Positions 15,446 through 24,918 of a stretch of 45,455 nt of DNA are shown one piece after another. The notes beneath the pieces are model-generated. The model searched no databases. It worked only from the letters and a program-made list of their open reading frames with translations, and was not told the origin of the DNA. Source of the stretch: a virus; the IMG/VR virus record IMGVR_UViG_3300028840_002886; one strand, 5' to 3'. Position numbers and translations under genes: made by a program. How positions within the stretch are numbered: position 1 is the first letter of the stretch; every line of letters begins with the position of its first letter.

Positions 15446-15967
15446 TTGGAAGCAATTAACTTTGAACACGTAAACAAAGTTCTCAAGGCAGACGGATGTC
15501 ATGATTTACCAGTCTGCTTTGACGGCAAGAATATAGTTTTCTGTTGGAAACTGTCACTGAAGGAACGTGTTAAGCTGCTTTTCACTGGCAAGCTGTGGCA
15601 TCTTATCTGGTCGAATCGTTGCTGTATTCAGCCAGTTTGTTTAGAGGTTGATAGTCCTTTTTCAGAGAGCCCATTCTCTCCAGAAACACAGCAGCAAATA
15701 GATAAGACTTTGAAACTGGGAGAGGATTTGCAAGACCATGTAAAAAATCTGCAATCCAGAAGAACCTTTTTTGATGGTACTGGTCAATTCTCAAATAGTG
15801 CAAGTAATCCGTGTAGGGCTAACTGCATTGTCACCAAGTGGAATGTTGAAGATGGAAATGGCAGGCGAATAACAGAGATACAACTTGACAATGGCAGATA
15901 CGTTTCAATGCCTCACAAACAGATGCTTAGCTTCCTACATTTTGTAGAGGATGACGCTAATGAATGA
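15446..15967 (+). CDS. Hypothetical protein
   Basis: 173 aa. TTG start 5 nt after GAGGT. Confidence 0.45.
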   Translation: MEAINFEHVNKVLKADGCHDLPVCFDGKNIVFCWKLSLKERVKLLFTGKLWHLIWSNRCCIQPVCLEVDSPFSESPFSPETQQQIDKTLKLGEDLQDHVKNLQSRRTFFDGTGQFSNSASNPCRANCIVTKWNVEDGNGRRITEIQLDNGRYVSMPHKQMLSFLHFVEDDANE

Positions 15968-16271
15968 AGAAACAAAAATAGGTGAAGTTATTGAAGCAAC
16001 TCCTACAATGGCAGAAACCAAGGCTTTCGCCCAAAAGTGTTTCGGTGGGTATAAGCCCTCAGAAGATGAGCTTAAAAAACACTCCGAGAATCTCAAAGTA
16101 CTTGTAGCAGAGCGACATGGTATCAAAACTGAGGAAGTTGAGGACTATTTGAAAAAACAACGCAGGCTAAGGCAGATGAGGCCTTATCGTGGCAAAATCG
16201 GCCGTAATCAATCTTGTTCTTGTGGTTCTGGGCTAAAATTTAAGAAGTGTCACGGAAGGTTTTCAAGATGA
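15951..16271 (+). CDS. SEC-C motif (metal-binding) protein
   Basis: C-terminal GRNQSCSCGSGLKFKKCHG. Confidence 0.6.
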   Translation: MTLMNEETKIGEVIEATPTMAETKAFAQKCFGGYKPSEDELKKHSENLKVLVAERHGIKTEEVEDYLKKQRRLRQMRPYRGKIGRNQSCSCGSGLKFKKCHGRFSR

Positions 16272-16366
16272 AAACAAATGACAGGTCAACAGATTGCGGC
16301 ATCTATATTTTGGTTGTCTTTTATAATCCAAGTTAGAAATGTTCAATAAGAAAGGTCACCAATAAG

Positions 16367-16717
16367 ATGAGAGCAATGCGTAACTATAGACATATTTACA
16401 TAGAGCTATATCGAGTCAATGTATATTTCATTCTATGCAGCAGCGAACACTATGAGCGTAAAATTCGCCACGAGTTTGAAGCTAAATCGCCTTCAGATAC
16501 CAAAAACAGTGCCGGCAAGTTTGAGGTCTATGAGAAAGATGGTCAAGAAATATGTGTAATATGGATTACAGACTGGGAGTTTCTTGCTCACGAGATATTT
16601 CATTGTGTTCACTGGATAATGCACTCAAAAGGTTTATGGCTGACAAATAGTAGTGAAGAGGCATACGCATATTTAACAGAATTTTTAGACCGTAAATTAA
16701 GAAAGGAATCCAAATGA
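16367..16717 (+). CDS. Small HExxH zinc-metallopeptidase-like protein
   Basis: LAHEIFHCVHW contains HExxH. 116 aa. Confidence 0.45.
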   Translation: MRAMRNYRHIYIELYRVNVYFILCSSEHYERKIRHEFEAKSPSDTKNSAGKFEVYEKDGQEICVIWITDWEFLAHEIFHCVHWIMHSKGLWLTNSSEEAYAYLTEFLDRKLRKESK

Positions 16718-17256
16718 GATTTGACGAATACATAAAACTGGCCGTAAGGACGGAATCGAGAATAAACCCTAAAACAGGTGTTGGTTTCACGAGAGATGAG
16801 AGGTTATTGCATGCCGCTATCGGGATGGTTACTGAAGTGGGTGAGCTGCTCGATGCGATAAAAAAGCATATCTTCTATGGCAAGCAACTTGACAGGGTGA
16901 ATATGCAGGAAGAAATCGGCGATTTGTGTTGGTATGTAGCTTTGGCCAGTGATGTTCTGAATATAACACCAGAGGCAGTCATACGTGGCAGTGCTGATGT
17001 GTTCTGTCAAGTTATTTCAATAGTTCATGTCTCTGCGAATTGTTTGGTTTTTGTTCATAACGAGGTAGCCGTTGTCAATGCTCTATCAGATATAATGGGG
17101 AGTATTTTTACTATCTGCGAAGTCAAATCTTTTTCACTTGGAGATATACTCGATACTAACATTGCCAAGCTCAAGGCAAGATACCCTGATAAATTCGATA
17201 CTGATAAAGCCCTGAATCGTGACCTGAAGTTGGAAAGGAAGATTCTGGAAAAATAA
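16714..17256 (+). CDS. MazG-like nucleoside triphosphate pyrophosphohydrolase
   Basis: TEVGELLDAIKK ... MQEEIGDLCWY (ExxE ... ExxD) and C-terminal NIAKLKARYP. Confidence 0.7.
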   Translation: MRFDEYIKLAVRTESRINPKTGVGFTRDERLLHAAIGMVTEVGELLDAIKKHIFYGKQLDRVNMQEEIGDLCWYVALASDVLNITPEAVIRGSADVFCQVISIVHVSANCLVFVHNEVAVVNALSDIMGSIFTICEVKSFSLGDILDTNIAKLKARYPDKFDTDKALNRDLKLERKILEK

Positions 17257-17276
17257 TTTAAAGGTGTTCTTCACGG

Positions 17277-17441
17277 ATGAAGGCAAAAACGAAAAAACAT
17301 AAAGTTGTTTTGTGGCGTTCAATAAGGTGCCCTGAATGTGGGAGCAAGAAAGTTCCCGTTACTGGCACAAAATTACCTGTTCGTTATCACAAATGTCGAA
17401 AGTGTGGTCATACTTTCAAATCTGTTGAGCAAAAAGTTTAA
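17277..17441 (+). CDS. 54-aa Ogr/Delta-like zinc-finger protein, candidate late-gene activator
   Basis: CPECGSKKVPVTGTKLPVRYHKCRKCGHTF resembles the P2 Ogr pattern CPxC...RYHQC...C..TF. Below the ORF-track cutoff. Confidence 0.5.
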   Translation: MKAKTKKHKVVLWRSIRCPECGSKKVPVTGTKLPVRYHKCRKCGHTFKSVEQKV

Positions 17442-17445
17442 CATT

Positions 17446-17462
17446 ATTCCAGAATCTGGAAT
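17446..17462. promoter_or_regulatory. Perfect 8-1-8 palindrome ATTCCAGA-A-TCTGGAAT
   Basis: Read directly, 5 nt after the stop of the zinc-finger ORF. Function unknown (protein-binding dyad or small hairpin). Confidence 0.35.
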
Positions 17463-17534
17463 AGGACATTTCCTTTTCATCATACCGTAGTCGATAATTC
17501 ACTTATGGAATCTGTCTGTTAATTGTGGTGACTT

Positions 17535-17729
17535 ATGGTTTACCACGGAACTAATTTGGGAGATATGAGAGATGAAGTAAGGGAAATTCATAGGAAGATT
17601 TTGCTTCTTATGGAAAGTTGCGGTCCTAAAAAACTGCACGTTTTGTATGAAGCTCAAAAAAGTTTAGCTCAGTGGGAAGCTACTCACATGCATGAAATAT
17701 GGAAACTTTTTGAAAATGACAGAACCTGA
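17535..17729 (+). CDS. Hypothetical protein
   Basis: 64-aa ORF. Confidence 0.4.
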   Translation: MVYHGTNLGDMRDEVREIHRKILLLMESCGPKKLHVLYEAQKSLAQWEATHMHEIWKLFENDRT

Positions 17730-19014
17730 ATTCAGGAAATTTCAGCTAAGTGCTCTTAACCCAGCAGTCTATAATCCGAGAGTCATTTCAGATGAGAATC
17801 TGGAAGGTCTCAAGAATTGCTTGGCTAAGTATGGTTGTATCGAGCCAATCGTAGTAAATGTCCGGGACGGCCGGAATGTCATTGTGGGAGGGCATCAGAG
17901 GCAAAAGGCTCTGATTAAACTGCATGGCAAGGACTGTGAAGCTACTTGCGTAGTCGTTGACCTTGACACTACTGATGAAAAGCTCTTGAACATTGCTCTC
18001 AATAATCCGCATATCCAAGGCGATTTCGTTGAAAATCTGGACGAATACATCGACCAGCTTCGAAGTGAATTGCCGGACGATAAGGATTATCTCGATTTGC
18101 AGATTGACAGGCTCAAGAGCGAAATCGATGAGGTTCCTGAAAAGACTGGCAATATCGAGGATGATGACATCCCTGAACCGCCAAAAGAGACGATTACCCA
18201 ACTGGGTGATTTGTGGATTTTGGGGGAGCATCGACTTTTGTGCGGGGATAGCACTAATCCAGAGCATGTCGCAAGGCTTATGGATGGTAAGCTGGCTTCA
18301 CTATTCGCTACGGACCCGCCATATTGCGTTGATTACACGGGAGCTGATAGACCTAATGGCGGTAAGGACTGGTCAGACGTGTATCACGAAGTGGATATAC
18401 CGAGTGCCACGGCGTTTATAAGGGCATTTTATGAGGTAGGGCTTAAGGTAGTCAAGCCACACACGGCATTGTATTTGTGGCATGCAAGCAAACGTAGGCG
18501 GGAAATTGAGGACGTTTGCAACGAATTGGACATTTTAATCCATCAGCAGATTATCTGGGTCAAGCCATGTGTGGTATTGGCCTATTCGTTTTTCAGTTGG
18601 AGGCATGAACCCTGTCTGCTTATGTGGAAGCGTGGTCAGAGGCCTCCATATAGACCTAAAGACAAATCTATCGGCAGTGTATGGCCTGTTGGTTTCATAA
18701 AGTCAGGCGATCCGAACACACCGGAGTATTACACGGATGTATGGGAGTTGGACTGGGACGGCAAAAAGCGTCCTGTAGGATTCGACCATCCCACAAGCAA
18801 GCCTGTTGAAGTATTTGCAATCCCGATGAGGGTGCATACTCAGCCATCGGATATTTGTTATGAGCCATTCTGCGGTTCGGGTTCTCAAATCATAGCAGCT
18901 GAGAAGTTAAGTCGTAAATGCTATGCGATGGAGCTTGAGCCGGTTTTTGTAGACGTAGCGGTAAAACGTTGGGAGCAATGGACTGGAAGTAAAGCAGAGA
19001 GAATCGAGGCATAA
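17692..19014 (+). CDS. ParB-like nuclease domain fused to a beta-class DNA methyltransferase
   Basis: N-terminus NPRVISDENLEGLKNCLAKYGCIEPIVVN...GGHQR (ParB-N). LFATDPPY (motif IV) comes before YEPFCGSGSQ (motif I). Confidence 0.85.
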   Translation: MKYGNFLKMTEPEFRKFQLSALNPAVYNPRVISDENLEGLKNCLAKYGCIEPIVVNVRDGRNVIVGGHQRQKALIKLHGKDCEATCVVVDLDTTDEKLLNIALNNPHIQGDFVENLDEYIDQLRSELPDDKDYLDLQIDRLKSEIDEVPEKTGNIEDDDIPEPPKETITQLGDLWILGEHRLLCGDSTNPEHVARLMDGKLASLFATDPPYCVDYTGADRPNGGKDWSDVYHEVDIPSATAFIRAFYEVGLKVVKPHTALYLWHASKRRREIEDVCNELDILIHQQIIWVKPCVVLAYSFFSWRHEPCLLMWKRGQRPPYRPKDKSIGSVWPVGFIKSGDPNTPEYYTDVWELDWDGKKRPVGFDHPTSKPVEVFAIPMRVHTQPSDICYEPFCGSGSQIIAAEKLSRKCYAMELEPVFVDVAVKRWEQWTGSKAERIEA

Positions 19015-19131
19015 AAACAAGCCGATGCGGGCGGCGAATATCGGAATAACCGCCTGCCAAAGCAGCTTGCACCTGCTAAGGCATTTTTTCGCATCGGTAG
19101 TTTCAAAGCTATTAGTGAATATCGGAGAAAT

Positions 19132-19908
19132 GTGGATGCGGCCTTGCAGGAAAAACCGGCAAATATTACAGAAATCGCAAAAAAACAGCGGTACTTGTAT
19201 CTGCTTGGCAAGGTTAAGCAGTCAAAACAACTTAACTCTTCGGAAATTCGAGAGTTAGAGAGTTACGAAAAGATGGCTAAGAAGCCTAAAAAAACAACAC
19301 CGAAAGAAACTGCTGAGAATGTCGGTAGGAAGCCCGGGGAGCCTCTGCAGAATGGACAACACGAGAAGTTTTGTCATGAATATATCATCGATAGCAATAG
19401 GACTCGTGCCTACAAAGATGTGTATAAATGTTCGCTCAAAGCGGCTGAGTCTGGTGGTAGCAGATTGCTAAGGAATGCTAAGGTTCAGGAAAGAATTAAA
19501 GAACTCGAAAAACCTGCTATTAAAAAGGCAGAGGTAACTGCTGAGAGGGTTATAGATGAGCTTGCCAAGATAGGTTTCAGCGACATAACAGACTTTTTAA
19601 GAATGCAGGGTGAAAACGGTATTTCGCTTGAGTTATTAGAGAATTTACCACGAGAGCTGACTGCCTGCATATCAGAAATAACGGAATATGAGACAGTAAC
19701 CGGCCTTAAACGATATAAATTCAAGTTACACGACAAAGTCAAAGCATTAGAGCTTTTAGGTAAAACCAACACATTAAACCTGTTTGCCGAGAACATAAAT
19801 CATAGATTCCCCGAAGGTTGTGGGGTTTTAGCTGTACCAGTAGGAATGGACAAAAAACAATGGTCGCAGTTTGCGAAAAAAAATCAGAGCCAAAGCAAAA
19901 AGAAGTGA
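19132..19908 (+). CDS. Terminase small subunit (Terminase_2-like)
   Basis: QHEKFCHEYIIDSNRTRAYKDVY...AAESGGSRLLRNAKVQERIKEL. GTG start after GGAG. Confidence 0.8.
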   Translation: MDAALQEKPANITEIAKKQRYLYLLGKVKQSKQLNSSEIRELESYEKMAKKPKKTTPKETAENVGRKPGEPLQNGQHEKFCHEYIIDSNRTRAYKDVYKCSLKAAESGGSRLLRNAKVQERIKELEKPAIKKAEVTAERVIDELAKIGFSDITDFLRMQGENGISLELLENLPRELTACISEITEYETVTGLKRYKFKLHDKVKALELLGKTNTLNLFAENINHRFPEGCGVLAVPVGMDKKQWSQFAKKNQSQSKKK

Positions 19909-21275
19909 ATGTTATTTGGCAGCCCTATCCGGGAAGCTCACAGGAACTATTTCTGTGCTGTCCGATATTTGAGTGTCTTTACGAAGGGACACGTGGGCCG
20001 GGTAAGTCCGATGCTTTATTGATGGATTTTGCTCAGTTCGTAGGTAAGGGGTATGGCAGGCATTGGCGTGGGTTACTTTTCCGTGAAGAATTCGAACGGC
20101 TTGAAGAACTGATTGAAAAGTCCATCGAGTATTTTTCACAGATATTCCCGGATGCTGTTTATAACATATCCAGAAGCGTTTGGGAGTTCGCTACTGGTGA
20201 AAAGCTGTATTTCCGATATGCCAAAAAAGAAGTTGATTATTGGAAATTTCACGGCCATTCTTATCCTTGGATTGGATGGGACGAATTGACAAACTGGCCT
20301 GATGATAAGCTTTACATCAAAATGATGTCGGTTTGCAGGTCAGCATATCCCGGAATGCCGAGGCATTACAGGTCAACTTGTAATCCGCATGGCGTTGGTC
20401 ATAACTGGGTAAAAGCCCGATTTATCGACCCAGTACCAAGAGGCATTGTTCACGCTGATGATGAGGGCAGAGAAAGGGTTTGTATTCACGGCTCGATATG
20501 GGAAAACAAAAAGCTGCTGAAAAATGACCCAGACTATCTCAAAAACTTAGAGGCACAGCCAAAACATATCCGTAAGGCTTGGCTTGATGGTGATTGGGAT
20601 ATAATCGCTGGCGGCATGTTCGATGATGTATGGGATTCAGACATACACGTTATCAATCCTTTTGAAGTTCCAAAGACATGGCGAATTGACCGTTCGTTTG
20701 ACTGGGGAAGTTCAAAGCCTTATTCGGTCGGATGGTGGGCTGAGAGTGACGGCTCTGATATTAAACTTAATGACGGAACTGCCATAAGCACACAAAAAGG
20801 CAGCTTGTATCGTATCGCTGAACTTTACGGCTGGACAGGCAAACCAAATGAGGGAACTAAAGAACTATCAACAGAAATAGCCAGAAAAATTAAAGAGTTT
20901 GAAAAAGCTCTTTGCAGGAATGTAAATGCAGGGCCTGCAGATTCCTCTATCTACGATGTCACTGATGGTAAAAGTATTGCCAGTGAAATGGAGCGTATGG
21001 GGGTTGGCTGGCGAAAAGCAGATAAAAGCCCCGGAAGTCGTAAGAATGGCTGGGAGTTGATGAGGGAACGTCTAAAGAATTCAATTACCAAGGAAGGCCC
21101 CGGCCTTTTTATTTTTGATACATGTCGACAGTTCATTCGTACCGTGCCGGTTTTGCCGAGAGATAAAAATAAGACAGATGATGTGGATTCTTCTGTTGAG
21201 GACCATATAGCAGATGAAACCAGATACAGAATTTCTACTAAGGTCTACAAGTTTAAGAGTGATTCTATTGGTTGA
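19860..21275 (+). CDS. Terminase large subunit
   Basis: Walker A YEGTRGPGKS. Nuclease-half acidic motifs near the C-terminus. Start ambiguous (ATG 19860 or GTG 19905, which overlaps the terS stop). Confidence 0.88.
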   Translation: MVAVCEKKSEPKQKEVNVIWQPYPGSSQELFLCCPIFECLYEGTRGPGKSDALLMDFAQFVGKGYGRHWRGLLFREEFERLEELIEKSIEYFSQIFPDAVYNISRSVWEFATGEKLYFRYAKKEVDYWKFHGHSYPWIGWDELTNWPDDKLYIKMMSVCRSAYPGMPRHYRSTCNPHGVGHNWVKARFIDPVPRGIVHADDEGRERVCIHGSIWENKKLLKNDPDYLKNLEAQPKHIRKAWLDGDWDIIAGGMFDDVWDSDIHVINPFEVPKTWRIDRSFDWGSSKPYSVGWWAESDGSDIKLNDGTAISTQKGSLYRIAELYGWTGKPNEGTKELSTEIARKIKEFEKALCRNVNAGPADSSIYDVTDGKSIASEMERMGVGWRKADKSPGSRKNGWELMRERLKNSITKEGPGLFIFDTCRQFIRTVPVLPRDKNKTDDVDSSVEDHIADETRYRISTKVYKFKSDSIG

Positions 21276-21287
21276 AAGGATAGAGGA

Positions 21288-21503
21288 ATGCCAGAAGATA
21301 AACCTAAGTGCGATGTCCACAGCGAACAGATTAAACAGTTACAGTCGAGTGATAGCAAACAATGGGACAAACTCAATGAACACGATGGTTTGTTTAGGAA
21401 ATACATCCCTGTTTGGATGACTGTTGTTCTTATGGTTATGAGCGGCTTGACGGGCAGTGCATTAACGTTTGCGGGGATGATTATTAAGTTTTCAGGCAAA
21501 TAA
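21288..21503 (+). CDS. Small membrane-anchored protein
   Basis: 71 aa with a C-terminal TM segment (IPVWMTVVLMVMSGLTGSALTFAGMII). Confidence 0.45.
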   Translation: MPEDKPKCDVHSEQIKQLQSSDSKQWDKLNEHDGLFRKYIPVWMTVVLMVMSGLTGSALTFAGMIIKFSGK

Positions 21504-21505
21504 TA

Positions 21506-22933
21506 ATGGCTAAAGAAAATAAAAACACAGTTGATAGCCCTTGCAGTGCTTATACCGCAATGCAGTCTCACTGGGATTTGATTGATGACCTTCTCGGTGG
21601 AACGCTTGCGATGCGGGCAGCGGGCGAAAAGTGGCTTCCTAAAGAGCCGAAAGAAGAAAACCAAGCCTGGCAAAACAGACTTGACCGCTCAATTCTTTAC
21701 GGTGCCTACTCTGATACAGTAGATGACCTTGTTGGCAGGCCATTCTCAAAGCCAGTAACAATTCAGGGTAAGTTGCCTGAGCAACTTGCAAGCCTTGAAG
21801 ATAATTGCGATGGTCAAGGTACCGACTTCACTCAGTTTGCAAGAGAGTTATTCTATACCTGCTTAAGCCGTGGGTTGACTCATGTGCTTATAGATTATCC
21901 GAAAACAACCCGTGAAGACGGTAAGAAGTTGACGCTTGCACAAGAGAAACAAACAGGCGTGAGGCCTATATTTGTTCATATCAGACCTCAACAGCTTATC
22001 GGTTGGAGATATGAAAAAGGCCTTGATGGCAAGCCAAAGCTAATTCAGATTCGCTGGAAAGAAACACACTCTGAACCCGATGGCGAATTTGGCACTAAAG
22101 AAGTTGAAACAATCAGGGTCTATACAACCGATGGCTGGCAGATCCATACAAAAAATGATAAAGAGTATGTTCTGACTGAGGAAGGTACTCATACCTACCC
22201 TGACGGCATTCCTTTGGTTACCTGCTATGTCAATAAAGATGGGTTTATGACGGCACAGCCTCCGCTTGAGGGTTTGGCTTGGCTTAATCTTGCTCACTGG
22301 CAGAGCTATTCCGACCAGCGTAATATTCTACGTTTCGCACGTGCCGCCTTGCTGTTTGCCAAGGGACTTACTGATGAGGAAATGGAAAAAGAAGTAGTTC
22401 TTGGTCCTTCCCGCATGTTCAGAAGCACTAACAGTGAAGCGGATATGAAGTTTGTCGAGCATACTGGCAAGGCGATTGAAGCAGGCCGTCAGGATTTACT
22501 TGACCTTGAAGAACGAATGACAGTTCTTGGCCTTGAACCTTTATTGAGCCGGCCGGGTAATCAAACCGCTACAGGTCAATCCATAGATGAAGCTAAAAGC
22601 CAATCATCAATTCAGGCCTGGATTCGGTCTCTTGAGCTTGCTTTATATAACGCAATTGTAATCGCTGCAAAGTGGACAGGTGAAACGCTATCTGATGACT
22701 TCACGATTGATATTTATAACGACTTTGGTGTGAGCATCAGAGCTACAGCTGATATTGAAGCCCTCATTAAGATGAGGCAGGCCGGTGAAATTGACCGTGA
22801 AACATTCCTGCGTGAAGTAAAGAGGCGGGCTTTGTTATCTGAAGCGACTGACATCGAAGAGGTCATATCAAGAATTGAAGCCGAGGGACCTTCTTTGGGA
22901 CTTTTAAGGGACGAAGATGAAACCAGTGAGTAA
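21506..22933 (+). CDS. Portal protein (DUF4055-like)
   Basis: 475 aa located between terminase and the Mu F-like gene. The N-terminal pattern matches DUF4055 portals as I remember them. Confidence 0.8.
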   Translation: MAKENKNTVDSPCSAYTAMQSHWDLIDDLLGGTLAMRAAGEKWLPKEPKEENQAWQNRLDRSILYGAYSDTVDDLVGRPFSKPVTIQGKLPEQLASLEDNCDGQGTDFTQFARELFYTCLSRGLTHVLIDYPKTTREDGKKLTLAQEKQTGVRPIFVHIRPQQLIGWRYEKGLDGKPKLIQIRWKETHSEPDGEFGTKEVETIRVYTTDGWQIHTKNDKEYVLTEEGTHTYPDGIPLVTCYVNKDGFMTAQPPLEGLAWLNLAHWQSYSDQRNILRFARAALLFAKGLTDEEMEKEVVLGPSRMFRSTNSEADMKFVEHTGKAIEAGRQDLLDLEERMTVLGLEPLLSRPGNQTATGQSIDEAKSQSSIQAWIRSLELALYNAIVIAAKWTGETLSDDFTIDIYNDFGVSIRATADIEALIKMRQAGEIDRETFLREVKRRALLSEATDIEEVISRIEAEGPSLGLLRDEDETSE

Positions 22934-23996
22934 TGAAATCCTGATGAGAGCGATAAGGCATGCGGTTTACCTTGAGCAGCTTAAAAACTCTGAGGTAAGA
23001 CGGCTTATCAGGTTATTCAATAATGATATTGAACCGGATGTTATGGCTTTAATCGAAAAACATATCGGTCGAGGCACATTCACTGAAAAGCGGCTTGCTG
23101 AATTGTCGAAAGCAAATCAAGCTGTAATAGCAACTGGTTATAAAAATCTTGAAAAGGATTTTACTAAAGAACTGAAAGAAATCGGAATCACAGAGGCTCA
23201 GTGGAATGCCTTAATGCTCAAGCAGGTAGTTCCGATAGACTTCGATTTCGTAACTCCACATCTTGCGACCTTAAAGTCGGCTGTATCGAATTCGTATGTT
23301 CACGGCAAGCTACTCAAAGACTGGTTTGATGATTTGGGCAGGCAAACAGCTTCAAGAATCACACAGCAAATCAATATAGGCATTGCCAATGGTGAAAGTA
23401 TTTATCACATAACTCGAAGAATAAGAGGAACCCGGGCAGCTGGTTTTGCTGATGGAATACTTCAAGAAAGCAGGCGAAACATTGAATCGGTTGTCAGGAC
23501 GGCAGTAACTCAAACTGTCACCAACTCAAGTGAAGAACTGTATAAAGCCAATTCTGATATTGTCAAAGGTGTTCAGATGGTTGCTACACTTGATTCAAGA
23601 ACAACTGAAATTTGCATGGGCTATGACGGCAAGGTGTTTGGAATTGATGAAGGCCCCAGACCACCATTTCATTATCAATGCAGGACAAGGACTATTCCTG
23701 TACTCAAGTCTTGGAAGGAAATGGGCATCAAACTAAAAGAAGCTCCGGAAGGAACACGTGCATCGATGGACGGTCAGGTATCAGCTAAAAAAACTTATGG
23801 TACTTGGCTGAAAGAACAAAAGCCAGAATTCCAAAACGAAGTTTTAGGACCAACAAGAGCGAACCTTTTCAGAAGTGGCAAAGTCAGAATCGACAACTTC
23901 ACCAGAGACGGCCGTTTGTTGAATCTGGAAGAATTACGTAAGCGTGAAGGTCTCTCGTATAGGGACATTAGTGTTAATCGAAAGAAAGCAAGTTAG
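22917..23996 (+). CDS. Head morphogenesis protein (SPP1 gp7 / Mu F family)
   Basis: MVATLDSRTTEICMGYDGKVF...PPFHYQCRTRTIPV. Confidence 0.85.
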   Translation: MKPVSNEILMRAIRHAVYLEQLKNSEVRRLIRLFNNDIEPDVMALIEKHIGRGTFTEKRLAELSKANQAVIATGYKNLEKDFTKELKEIGITEAQWNALMLKQVVPIDFDFVTPHLATLKSAVSNSYVHGKLLKDWFDDLGRQTASRITQQINIGIANGESIYHITRRIRGTRAAGFADGILQESRRNIESVVRTAVTQTVTNSSEELYKANSDIVKGVQMVATLDSRTTEICMGYDGKVFGIDEGPRPPFHYQCRTRTIPVLKSWKEMGIKLKEAPEGTRASMDGQVSAKKTYGTWLKEQKPEFQNEVLGPTRANLFRSGKVRIDNFTRDGRLLNLEELRKREGLSYRDISVNRKKAS

Positions 23997-24062
23997 TAAG
24001 GGCAGGAAGCCCGCAGGACGAGATGTCCTGTTAAATGGCGGGAAGCCGAAAGGAGTTTTATT

Positions 24063-24869
24063 ATGGCACTGGCAGCGATTATCAAACAGGAAATATTTGA
24101 CGGTCTGAAGGACGAAATCAAGGCGGAGTACAAAAAACGAGATGACGGGACGTTCATTCTTGATGTTACTCCAACTAACAATTTCGCATTAGAAGATGTT
24201 AAGGGACTGAAAGATGCTTTGGGTTCTGAACGTGCAGCTCACACTGAGGCTGACAAGAAACTTAAGGCTTTTGATGGACTTGATATTGACAAGGCAAAAG
24301 CTGCTCTGGCTAAAGTCGAGGAAATGGCGAACTGGAAGCCAGAGGATAAAGTCAAAGAACAAATTGAGGCTATCAAAAATCAGCTTACCGAAAAGCACCA
24401 AGGGGAGCTTGGTAAAAAAGAAGAATCTATGAAAAAGCTGACAGGCCAGCTTGAGAAAGTGATGATTGAGGCCGCTGCTATAAAAGCGATTGCAGAGAAC
24501 AAAGGTTCATCGGCATTGCTTTTACCGCATGTCAAATCAGCAACAAGGATGCGTCAAACAGATAAGGGAGAGTTTATGGTTGAAGTAGTTGGTGAGGACG
24601 GAAATGCCCGAATCAGCCCAGCTACGGGCTCTACCGCTCCGATGAGCATTACTGAATTGGTTGCTGAGATGAAAACTCAAGAAACTTTCGCCCCCGCTTT
24701 CGAGGGTTCTGGAGCATCAGGGAGTGGTGCATCAGGGTCAAGCGGAACTCAGGTTAAAAACGGCGTTCATATTATTTCCCAAGCCGACGCCAAGGACCCT
24801 CATAAGTACCGTGCTGCTAAAGAGGCATCTGAAAAGGCTGGGAGTAAATTACAAATAGCTGACAGTTAA
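24063..24869 (+). CDS. Scaffolding protein
   Basis: 268 aa, charged and coiled-coil-rich with a GSGASGSGASGSSG linker. Sits immediately upstream of the capsid gene. Confidence 0.7.
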   Translation: MALAAIIKQEIFDGLKDEIKAEYKKRDDGTFILDVTPTNNFALEDVKGLKDALGSERAAHTEADKKLKAFDGLDIDKAKAALAKVEEMANWKPEDKVKEQIEAIKNQLTEKHQGELGKKEESMKKLTGQLEKVMIEAAAIKAIAENKGSSALLLPHVKSATRMRQTDKGEFMVEVVGEDGNARISPATGSTAPMSITELVAEMKTQETFAPAFEGSGASGSGASGSSGTQVKNGVHIISQADAKDPHKYRAAKEASEKAGSKLQIADS

Positions 24870-24918
24870 TGTGTGGTTAATTGTCATAAACAAAAAATGA
24901 CATTGAAAGGTAATAAAA

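Noticed and set aside
19022-19097. Nested inverted repeats (CCGATGCG ... CGCATCGG) upstream of the small terminase gene, considered as a pac/cos site
   Set aside because: The position is plausible, but short GC-rich inverted repeats alone cannot define a packaging site. No supporting terminal-repeat or cohesive-end evidence is available in the sequence.
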